Shown one piece after another: positions 44,058-51,978 of a stretch of DNA of 64,000 bases. The notes beneath the pieces are model-generated. The model did not search any database. It saw nothing but the letters and a program-made list of their open reading frames with translations, and had not been told where the DNA came from. Each line of letters starts with the position of its first letter. The first letter of the stretch is position 1. The position numbers were made by a program, and so were the translations under genes. Source of the DNA: Planctomycetota bacterium (lineage in GTDB: Bacteria > Planctomycetota > UBA8742 > UBA2392). Location: the NCBI GenBank assembly GCA_020425605.1, contig JAGQRH010000003.1, forward strand, positions 75,011 to 139,010. The letters are read 5' to 3'.

Positions 44058-44090
44058 ACAGGAACGCACGAAACATGAAGGAGTTTCGTC

Positions 44091-44429
44091 ATGACCCGCA
44101 AGAAAGATCACAAGCCGATGGGTGCCGCAGCGCTGGGACTGGTGGCCGCGCGCTTCAAGCTGCTCGGTGAGCCTGCACGGCTGGCCCTGCTGAATGCGCT
44201 GATGCTCAAAGAGCTGAACGTCAATGAGCTGGTCGAGACCACCGGACTCAGCCAGGCCAACGTCAGCAAGCACCTGGGACAGCTGGCCGACGCCGGATAC
44301 GTGCAGCGCCGCAAAGAGGGGCTCTACACGGTCTACTCGATCGCGGACGACAGCGTGTTCCAGCTATGCGACCTGATGTGCGGCGCCATCGCCAAGAAAC
44401 TGGGACAAGACCTGAAAGCCATAGCCTAG
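44091..44429 (+). CDS. ArsR/SmtB-family transcriptional regulator (possible sulfide/persulfide sensor)
   Basis: FKLLGEPARLALLNALMLKELNVNELVETTGLSQANVSKHLGQLADAGYVQRRKEGLYTVYSI is the canonical ArsR wHTH. C-terminal CDLMC Cys pair. AAGGAG RBS. Confidence 0.88.
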   Translation: MTRKKDHKPMGAAALGLVAARFKLLGEPARLALLNALMLKELNVNELVETTGLSQANVSKHLGQLADAGYVQRRKEGLYTVYSIADDSVFQLCDLMCGAIAKKLGQDLKAIA

Positions 44430-44438
44430 GGGCAAGCC

Positions 44439-46178
44439 ATGAACATCCGCCGCCTGCTGCCGTTCACCGACTGGCTGTTTCACTACCAGCGCCGGAACCT
44501 GTCCGGCGACCTGCTGGCCGGCGTGATCGTCACGATCATGCTGATCCCCCAGAGCCTCGCCTACGCCATGCTGGCGGGCCTGCCCCCCGAGTACGGGCTG
44601 TACGCGAGCATCGCCCCGCTGCTGATCTACGGCCTGCTGGGCACCAGCCGCACACTGAGCGTCGGGCCGGTCGCGGTCGTCTCGCTCCTGACGGCCACGG
44701 CGCTGACGCCGCTGGCGACGCCCGGCAGCGCGGATTACATCAAGCTCGCGATCCTGCTCGCGGCGATGACGGGCGTGATCCAGCTGGTGCTCGGGCTCGT
44801 GCGCGGCGGCTTCATTTCGAACCTATTGTCGCACCCGGTGGTGGCGGGCTTCATCACGGGCTCAAGCATTCTCATTGTCATCAGCCAGCTCAAGCACGTC
44901 CTCGGCGTGAAAGCCGCGGGCGGGCATCTTCCTTATGAATCCGTGATCGGGCTGGTGCAGGCCGCGCCGGGCACCAACTTCGTTACGTTTGCAATGGGCG
45001 TCGCGGCGATCGCGCTGCTGCTGTTCTTCCGCAAGCCGTTCCGGAAGCTGCTGGAGCGCGTCGGACTGTCCAAGGGCGCGGCGCAGATGCTGGCCCGCAC
45101 GGGACCGGCGTTGCTGGTGCTGGCGGGCATAGGCTCAATCTACTTCTTCGGCCTGGACTCGGCCTATGGCGTGCGCGTGGTCGGTGACTTCCCGACCGGG
45201 CTGCCCGACTTCTCCCTGCCCACGCTTGACCTGCCGGTGATCGGCAGCCTGCTGCCGGCCGCGCTGGCGATCGTGCTGGCGGGTTATGTCGAAAGCGTCA
45301 GTGTCGGCCGCTCATTGGGTGCCAGGCGCCGCCAGACTATCGACCCGAACCAGGAACTCGTCGCGCTTGGTGCGGCCAACATCGCGGCCGGCCTGACCAG
45401 CGGCTTTCCGGTCACGGGTGGCTTCAGCCGCTCGGTCGTCAACTTTGATGCAGGCGCGAACACCGGTCTCGCCAGCATCATCACCGCCGTGCTGATCGGC
45501 GTGGTGACGCTGGCGCTGGCGCCGCTGTTCACCAGCCTGCCGCAGGTTGTGCTGGCCGCGACGGTGATCGTGGCCGTGGCCGGCCTGATCAATTTCAGGC
45601 AACTCTGGCACCTCTGGAAGTACAGCAAGGCCGACGGCGCGATGATGGCATTGACGATCGTCGGCGTGCTCGGCCTCGGCGTGGAGATTGGAATCGGCCT
45701 CGGGGTCGGCATGTCGCTGCTGCTGTACATGGCGCGCGCCAGCCGACCGCACATGGCCGTGGTAGGCCGGCTCGGGCAATCGGAGCACTTCCGCAACGTC
45801 AAGCGGCACGCGGTGATCACCTACCCGGGCCTGCTGCTGCTGCGAGTGGACGAGAACCTGTTCTTTGCCAACACCCGCAACGTCGAAGACCGGATCATGA
45901 AGCAGGTCAGCGAACAGCCGGATCTGCGCGACATTGTGCTGATCTTCAGCGCGGTCAACTCGGTCGACTCCAGCGCGCTGGAATCACTTGAGGGGCTGAT
46001 CGAGCGGTTGCGCAGCCTTGGCATCACGCTGCACCTGGCCGAGGTGAAGGGCCCGGTGATGGACCGCTTCGATGCAATCGGCTTCACGAAACACCTGGAG
46101 CCCGGCCAGGTCTTCATCAGCACGCACCGCGCCGTGGAAGCCCTTCGGCCGCCTACAGCACCTGCACGCGCCGCCTAG
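44439..46178 (+). CDS. SulP-family anion transporter with C-terminal STAS domain
   Basis: LSGDLLAGVIVTIMLIPQSLAYAMLAGLPPEYGLYASI is the SulP signature. STAS: ..VLIFSAVNSVDSSALESLEGLIERLRSLGITLHLAEVKGPVMD... Starts 9 nt after arsR. Confidence 0.92.
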   Translation: MNIRRLLPFTDWLFHYQRRNLSGDLLAGVIVTIMLIPQSLAYAMLAGLPPEYGLYASIAPLLIYGLLGTSRTLSVGPVAVVSLLTATALTPLATPGSADYIKLAILLAAMTGVIQLVLGLVRGGFISNLLSHPVVAGFITGSSILIVISQLKHVLGVKAAGGHLPYESVIGLVQAAPGTNFVTFAMGVAAIALLLFFRKPFRKLLERVGLSKGAAQMLARTGPALLVLAGIGSIYFFGLDSAYGVRVVGDFPTGLPDFSLPTLDLPVIGSLLPAALAIVLAGYVESVSVGRSLGARRRQTIDPNQELVALGAANIAAGLTSGFPVTGGFSRSVVNFDAGANTGLASIITAVLIGVVTLALAPLFTSLPQVVLAATVIVAVAGLINFRQLWHLWKYSKADGAMMALTIVGVLGLGVEIGIGLGVGMSLLLYMARASRPHMAVVGRLGQSEHFRNVKRHAVITYPGLLLLRVDENLFFANTRNVEDRIMKQVSEQPDLRDIVLIFSAVNSVDSSALESLEGLIERLRSLGITLHLAEVKGPVMDRFDAIGFTKHLEPGQVFISTHRAVEALRPPTAPARAA

Positions 46179-46732
46179 ACGGAGCCTGCGTCGTGGGACT
46201 CGGCGGCCTTGTGGATGCCGCGCCACAGCTCGTCGGGATTGAGCCCCTTGGCCGCGATGATCAGGTCAGCGATCTCGCGCACGGCGCCGCGACCGCCGGG
46301 CTTGGCAGTCACGTAGCGCGCTGACTCGCGGGCGAACTCGGTCGCGTCGGCCGGCGCGCATGGGATGCCCGCAGCCTCGAACGCCTCGGAGTCGTTCACG
46401 TCGTCGCCCACGTAGGCCGTTTGTTCTTCGGTAACTCCAAACTGCTGCATCACTGCGCGCAGGGCGTCGCCCTTGCGTTTCATGCCGGGCTTGTAGGCGC
46501 TAAGCATCAGGCGCTTGACTCGCCCGCCTACGACCGGGCTGTCTTCACTTGTGATGACGGCCACGCGCACGTCCGCCGCCTCAAGCAAACGCAGGCCCAT
46601 GCCGTCGCGGATGAAGAAGGACTTGGCAAGTTCGCCGTCGCGCCCGTAGAGGACCGTGCCGTCGGTCAGCACGCCGTCCACGTCGCAGGCGAGCAGTCTT
46701 ACGTTCTTCCATTCTTCTTCGGTGACGCTCAT
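46175..46732 (-). CDS. kdsC: KDO 8-phosphate phosphatase (KdsC-type HAD)
   Basis: VRLLACDVDGVLTDGTVLY..GELAKSFFIRDGMGLRLL...YVGDDVNDSEAF is KdsC-family HAD. ATGA overlap with tatC. Confidence 0.85.
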   Translation of the reverse strand: MSVTEEEWKNVRLLACDVDGVLTDGTVLYGRDGELAKSFFIRDGMGLRLLEAADVRVAVITSEDSPVVGGRVKRLMLSAYKPGMKRKGDALRAVMQQFGVTEEQTAYVGDDVNDSEAFEAAGIPCAPADATEFARESARYVTAKPGGRGAVREIADLIIAAKGLNPDELWRGIHKAAESHDAGSV

Positions 46733-48516
46733 TCGCTCTTCCCGTTGCCGTTGCGATCGTGCAGTTCGTGCTCGATCCGGTTCATCCAGGGGCGCAGCTC
46801 GCGCTCAAAGTACTGCTCAAGGCGCTGGCTGATTCGGTCTTCAATGTACCGGGCCAGGTCTTCGTTCACGTTTTCGTCCCAGGGGCGATCGGGATACTCG
46901 GACTCATCCGTCTCGGGTCTTGCGTCGGAAGCCTCAACAGCGGTCGCAGCATCGCTTGACTTCACGGCTGACGCGGCGGGCTGTGACTCCTTGGTCGCCG
47001 TCTCAGCGGACTCCTGACTCGCGACTTCCGGCTCCCGACTGGTGCTCGTCTCCTGCTCGAACTCTGGTTTGGGTTTGGCCTTGCGTGGCTTGAGCTTGAC
47101 CTCGACGGGCGGCTTGTCGTCGTCCTTGTAGTCGTCGTCAAAAATCGTCTCGAGGTCTTTTCCGCTTTCGCGGAAGCCGGCCACAAGCTCTCGCGCGAAC
47201 TCGCGTGCGCCGCCCTTGCTGAATTCGGTCAGCTTCTTCTCAAGGTCAAATGCGAGACCACCGGCCAGCGCCTCCGGGTCCACTTTTTCGCCCCGTTTGG
47301 CGGCTTCCAGCGCGGCCTTCTCGGCGCGTTTCAGGACCGAGCGTTTCCATAGACGGCCGATCCAGACACCACCCTCCACCAGGAAGAACACCGGCGCGCC
47401 CGCCAGCACCATGTCGATCGGGCTGCCGGAAGGCGAAACGATCGCGCCGATGATCACCGAGATCAGGATGGTGTAGCGCCGCTTGCTCTTGAAGAACTCG
47501 GGCGAGAGCAGACCGAAGCGGATCACCGGCGCCACCAGCAGCGGGATCTGGAAAATGAACCCGAGCCCGAAGGTCATCGCGAACACCAGCCCCAGAAACT
47601 GGGCCAGCGAATAGTTCGTATCCACGTCAAAGTCCTGCACGTTGAAGCCCAGCAGGAACGGGATGCTGATCGGCAGCAGCACATAACGGCCGAACGCAGC
47701 CCCCGCCACGAACAGCAGGAAGATGGAAGGAATCGCGAAGCGGAAGAACTGCCGTTCATGGCGGTACAGGCCCGGTGCAATGAACAGATAGGCCTGCAGC
47801 ATGACCCACGGGTAAGCAAAGATCAGCGCGGCGTACAGACTGACGCGCATGGTGGTGCTGAACGTTTCCAGCGTGGCGATCACGGTAAAACGGATCTGTT
47901 CACGAAAGCTCTGCAACTCGTAGCCGGACAGTTGCTGCACCGCGATGCGGCCATCCTGTTCGCGCTCGGTGCGTACGAGCACGCCGCCCTTCTTGGCGAT
48001 CCAGGTGCGGGTGATGCCGTCCTTGCCGGTCACGACGCGCTTGAAGCAGACAAACTCGCCGGCCGGCACGGTGATGGTCTCTTCGCTTTCGAGGATCGCT
48101 TCGGGGTCGGTCTCGGCCTCGATGCCCTTGAATGAATGGGTGAAGGTGTGCGCCTCAAGCACCTTGTCGTCGGCGTCCAGCAGCGATCGGCGAACCTCGG
48201 ACGAGTTCTCTTTCACCTCGAGGACTTCGTAGCGCAGGAATCTCGCATCCCCGCCCGAGCCTGTCTGCAGTGTCCAGGTGCTTCCGGCGGCCCGGTAGGG
48301 CATGTCCGCGGCGACTTCGATGCTGCTGTATTCGGTGTCGGCGACGTTGTGGTCGACGACCGCGATGTCCTTCACGTAGCGGACGATGTCCCCGGCGAAC
48401 CATGCGAACACCACCGTGAACGCAATGAACACGCCCAGCAGCGACCAGACCAGCCGCTTGCGCAGCTCATCAAGGTGGCTGGAGAACGAGGTTGGCTCTT
48501 CGTCAGTGTCAGGCAT
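46729..48516 (-). CDS. tatC: twin-arginine translocase subunit TatC with a large periplasmic-loop insertion and a long charged C-terminal extension
   Basis: Track ORF to 48546 (TTG); ATG at 48516 (MPDTDEEPTSFSSHLDELRKRLVWSLLGVFIAF). The TatC core resumes at ..TLETFSTTMRVSLYAALIFAYPWVMLQAYLFIAPGLYRHERQFF... About 170 aa lie between TM1 and that point, and about 210 aa of Lys/Glu/Asp-rich sequence follow TM6. Confidence 0.85.
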   Translation of the reverse strand: MPDTDEEPTSFSSHLDELRKRLVWSLLGVFIAFTVVFAWFAGDIVRYVKDIAVVDHNVADTEYSSIEVAADMPYRAAGSTWTLQTGSGGDARFLRYEVLEVKENSSEVRRSLLDADDKVLEAHTFTHSFKGIEAETDPEAILESEETITVPAGEFVCFKRVVTGKDGITRTWIAKKGGVLVRTEREQDGRIAVQQLSGYELQSFREQIRFTVIATLETFSTTMRVSLYAALIFAYPWVMLQAYLFIAPGLYRHERQFFRFAIPSIFLLFVAGAAFGRYVLLPISIPFLLGFNVQDFDVDTNYSLAQFLGLVFAMTFGLGFIFQIPLLVAPVIRFGLLSPEFFKSKRRYTILISVIIGAIVSPSGSPIDMVLAGAPVFFLVEGGVWIGRLWKRSVLKRAEKAALEAAKRGEKVDPEALAGGLAFDLEKKLTEFSKGGAREFARELVAGFRESGKDLETIFDDDYKDDDKPPVEVKLKPRKAKPKPEFEQETSTSREPEVASQESAETATKESQPAASAVKSSDAATAVEASDARPETDESEYPDRPWDENVNEDLARYIEDRISQRLEQYFERELRPWMNRIEHELHDRNGNGKSE

Positions 48517-48567
48517 CCCGGGAAGCGTAACCCCGCCGGGACCCAAAGGAAACGCTGAGTTTGCGCG

Positions 48568-49146
48568 CTACTCTTCTTCGGCCGGCGTGCCGGTGGCATC
48601 CGGGTCCTTGGCGAACGCGTCGCCCGGCAACCCGGCTGGTTTGTCTTCGTCTTTCTCGTTCACTTTCGTGGACTCATCCTGCTCAGGCGCGCGGTCTGTT
48701 TCCTCGAGGTCGTCGTCATCTTCGTCGTCGGCCAGCTCTTCAGGCTTGCCGACTTCCTCAAGGCGCGCGGTGTCCTTGCGGTGCTGGTGCTCGCGCTCAA
48801 GGATCACACGGGCGGTGTCCTTGCCGTCGCCGGTGAGGCTGACGTTATAGATCTGGTTCGGGCTGGTACGCCCCGCCATGATTGCGCCGCTGCCGTACTT
48901 GACACTGACAAGACCCAACTCTTCAAGGATGTGAATCTCCTGCGTGAACACGGCCTCGAAGCCCCAGTTGAATCGATTGCGGGGGCGGTTTTCCTCGAGC
49001 TGCTTCAGCAGCTCCATGCGGGCCTGGCGATAGCTGGCCTGGTTGGTGCCGAGTTCTTCAAGGCGGCGGTGCAGATACTTCAACAGCTCACGGCCGATCT
49101 CCGTGATCGTCTTGTCTTCATCTTCCTTGTGCTTCTCATTCGGCAA
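48568..49146 (-). CDS. hypothetical protein with acidic C-terminal tail
   Basis: Track ORF 48568..49218 overlaps the upstream gene. The only plausible coupled start is TTG 49146, which is uncertain. ..EIHILEELGLVSVKYGS.. then DDEDDDDLEETDRAPEQDES... No family recognised. Confidence 0.5.
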   Translation of the reverse strand: MPNEKHKEDEDKTITEIGRELLKYLHRRLEELGTNQASYRQARMELLKQLEENRPRNRFNWGFEAVFTQEIHILEELGLVSVKYGSGAIMAGRTSPNQIYNVSLTGDGKDTARVILEREHQHRKDTARLEEVGKPEELADDEDDDDLEETDRAPEQDESTKVNEKDEDKPAGLPGDAFAKDPDATGTPAEEE

Positions 49147-49969
49147 TGTTTCGTTCCACGCCGTCGAGGAAATCCTTGGCACGCTTCGCGGTTTCAACCG
49201 CGTTGCGGCTTGCCTCACTCAGTTCAACGCATGCAGGCCCTGCATAACCAGTTTCGCGCAGCACCTTGAAGGTGTGTGCGAAATCCACGCTACCTTCTCC
49301 GAAAAAGAGGTGGCGATGGCGACCGGGGAGCATGTCGTCGAGCTGGAGATTATAGAGGACGTCTTGGTAGGACGACAGATACTCCCACTCAGGCTTTGAC
49401 TCGACGCATTCAAGGTGACCGATGTCTAACGTGAGACCCGGCCGGAAACCAAGCAGCTCGGCCAGCCGGTCGTAGTCGGCCATGGACTCGATCAGCATCC
49501 CCGGCTCAGGCTCAAGCGCCGCGCGGATGCCATGCATGCTGCACAACTCTTCAAATTTGCCCACGTGATAGGCGAGCCGCTTGTAAAGCTCGGCGTCGTC
49601 GCCGGTCCAGCCTTCCGGGCGTGCGCCGGACCAGTAGGACAGTGCCGGCGCCCCCAGGTCGCGCGCGATCTCGGCGGCACGATACAGAAAATGCACACGT
49701 GAATCGCAGTCGTCATCGATCAACGTTGGGCGATGCTTGCGGCGAGCGTCCAGCAGATAGCGCGAGCCGGTTTCGATCACGCACTCAAGCTCCAGCCGGC
49801 CGAGTTGCTTTGCGACTTCGTTGACTTCGAGCGCGCTGCAGGTGAACGGGTTCAGGTGATGCACATCCAGCGTCAGCGCCACGCACTCATAGCCCAGCTC
49901 GGCGATGATCTCGATAGCGTCGGGCAGAGTGTGGAAGGCGAAGCCGTTGGTGTTGTAGCCCAGCTTCAA
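49136..49969 (-). CDS. sugar phosphate isomerase/epimerase (xylose-isomerase-like TIM barrel)
   Basis: MKLGYNTNGFAFHTLPDAIEIIAELGYECVAL... is the typical family N-terminus. TTG start immediately after the upstream TGA (TGATTG). Confidence 0.8.
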   Translation of the reverse strand: MKLGYNTNGFAFHTLPDAIEIIAELGYECVALTLDVHHLNPFTCSALEVNEVAKQLGRLELECVIETGSRYLLDARRKHRPTLIDDDCDSRVHFLYRAAEIARDLGAPALSYWSGARPEGWTGDDAELYKRLAYHVGKFEELCSMHGIRAALEPEPGMLIESMADYDRLAELLGFRPGLTLDIGHLECVESKPEWEYLSSYQDVLYNLQLDDMLPGRHRHLFFGEGSVDFAHTFKVLRETGYAGPACVELSEASRNAVETAKRAKDFLDGVERNIAE

Positions 49970-51949
49970 TCACTGCTCCCAGGGCGCCAAGCTTAATGGC
50001 TCCGATGCTTGCATGTGGGCGATGTCGCGCTTGGCCTGCTCGCTGAACGGCAGCCCGAGCGGAAGCTTCTGGAAGTAGGCCAGCGCCTCGGCTGCGGCAT
50101 CCGCCATCGTGTCCTTGCCGGCGGTCCGGTAGCTCACGAGGTGGAACATCCAGTCGATGGCGACATCCATGGTTGAATCCGCCAGCTCCCGTACAGCCTT
50201 CTTGTCATTCAGCCATACCAGCAGGAGACCCTCATTCCGGCGGATATCCTTGGCGGCATCCGGCTGCTTGTGCTTGTCAGCCAGCGCCGCGGCCTTGCGG
50301 TAGCAGTCGGCGGCTTCGCGGGTCAGTTCTTTGCACTTGGAAACGCCAAGAGCCTGGCTGTTGCTGGTCACCATTCCGCGGTCAACGGCGGCCAACAATT
50401 TCAGCGCCATGATGAAGTCAGGATCATCCTTGATCAGTTTGCGAAGCATGTCCGCACAGGCCGAGAAATGCTCGCTGTCGTACTCAAGCTCCGCTTCTTC
50501 ATATGCCCGCAGCGTCCTGGTCTTTGCATGGGGCGACGGCAGGTCGCGCGTGTCGCTGAGCTGCTCAGCCTCGAAATCCTGCGCGACCGCTGATTCGCCC
50601 GGGTAGGGCGTGCCGGCCGTGGTCTCACGCACCTTGCCCGTACCCGCCCTTGGCGGCATCCATGAGCTCATCAGCCGGCTGATTTCGCTGCGCGCCTCGG
50701 ACACCGCGGCGGCGTTCTTGTCAGCCGTGTTCTCAAGCTGCTTTTCGTCGGTGAAGTACATGACGTCGTCGCCCGCGAACAACGTCAGCGAGTCCTTCGT
50801 GCGTACGCCGCGGATCTTGGCCCAGTTCGCGTTCAGCCACGCATAGTGGCTCTCGACATAGGCGCTCAGGCCCATGTCCGTGCCCGGGTCTTTCATCGCC
50901 GGCATCAGGCTTACGCCGTGCGCCTGCTTGCCGAATTCCATGGCATCGAGGCCCATCAGCTCGACGAGTGTGGGCGCGAGGTCGTAATTGCGGGCGATTC
51001 CGCTGACCCTTGTGCCTGCCTTGATCCCCGGCACGCCGTGGAAAATCAGCGGCACATGCGTCGTGCTGTCGAAGCAGTAGTAGCCGTGGGTCAGTTCATC
51101 ATGCTGGCCGAGGCCCTCACCGTGGTCGGCGGTAATCACCAGCAGGGTGTCTTTCATCAGGCCGAGCTCGGTCAGGCGCACAATGAAGCGGCTGATGGCG
51201 GCGTCGGTGTAGGCAATTTCTCCGTCGTAGCGGGCCGAGTTGTTGCCGCGGAACTTGTCGCCATTCTCGGTGTGTGGCTCATAAGGCGCGTGTGGATCGA
51301 ACAGGTGGACGAAACAGAAGAAGCGGTCCGTGCCCAGCCCCGCAATCCAGTCGCCCGCAAGCTTCAGCGTTTGTGGGGCGCTTCGCTCAGCGATGGTGAG
51401 GCGGCCTGGCTCAAGCGTGCGGACGTCCTTGTCGTCAAACACTTCGAAGCCGCGCTCAATGCCGCTGCCGCCGTGCAGCGTATGGGCCGAGACAAAGCCG
51501 CCTGTGCGGAAGCCCTGCGCCTTCATGACCTCGGGAAGCGTCTGAATCTCCGCAGGCAACTCGTGGTACAGGTTGTCGCGTACGCGTGTACCGAGCGTGC
51601 TGACACCGGTCAGCTGCGTCAGGTGAGACGGCAGAGTCAGCGGATAGCACGTGTAGTTGCGCTCAAAGACCACGCCTTCCTTGGCCAGGGTGTCGATGCC
51701 GGGCGAGGTTGCTTCCTTGTATCCGTAGCAGCCGAGGTGGTCGGCGCGCAGGGCGTCGATGCTGATCACGATCAGGTGCTTGGGCGGCGTGTACTTGTCT
51801 TCGGGCGTGGTTTCTTTGCCCTTGTCCAGGTACTTCATCACCAGCAGCGTGACGATGCCTGCAACCAGCAGAAACCCGATCACGCCGTAGATGCCGCCGC
51901 GCTTCTTCTGCGGAGCAGTCTGTGGCTGGTTGTCCGATGAATCGCCCAT
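49970..51949 (-). CDS. membrane-anchored sulfatase-like hydrolase/transferase (alkaline-phosphatase superfamily) with helical-repeat C-terminal domain
   Basis: N-terminal TM (IYGVIGFLLVAGIVTLLVM). LIVISIDALRADHLGCYGY, YPLTLPSHLTQLTG and ITADHGEGLGQH are motifs of the sulfatase/AlkP fold. The C-terminal ~200 aa are TPR-like. Confidence 0.85.
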   Translation of the reverse strand: MGDSSDNQPQTAPQKKRGGIYGVIGFLLVAGIVTLLVMKYLDKGKETTPEDKYTPPKHLIVISIDALRADHLGCYGYKEATSPGIDTLAKEGVVFERNYTCYPLTLPSHLTQLTGVSTLGTRVRDNLYHELPAEIQTLPEVMKAQGFRTGGFVSAHTLHGGSGIERGFEVFDDKDVRTLEPGRLTIAERSAPQTLKLAGDWIAGLGTDRFFCFVHLFDPHAPYEPHTENGDKFRGNNSARYDGEIAYTDAAISRFIVRLTELGLMKDTLLVITADHGEGLGQHDELTHGYYCFDSTTHVPLIFHGVPGIKAGTRVSGIARNYDLAPTLVELMGLDAMEFGKQAHGVSLMPAMKDPGTDMGLSAYVESHYAWLNANWAKIRGVRTKDSLTLFAGDDVMYFTDEKQLENTADKNAAAVSEARSEISRLMSSWMPPRAGTGKVRETTAGTPYPGESAVAQDFEAEQLSDTRDLPSPHAKTRTLRAYEEAELEYDSEHFSACADMLRKLIKDDPDFIMALKLLAAVDRGMVTSNSQALGVSKCKELTREAADCYRKAAALADKHKQPDAAKDIRRNEGLLLVWLNDKKAVRELADSTMDVAIDWMFHLVSYRTAGKDTMADAAAEALAYFQKLPLGLPFSEQAKRDIAHMQASEPLSLAPWEQ

Positions 51950-51978
51950 GGAGCTCCAGCAAATGGCCGATGGCTAGG

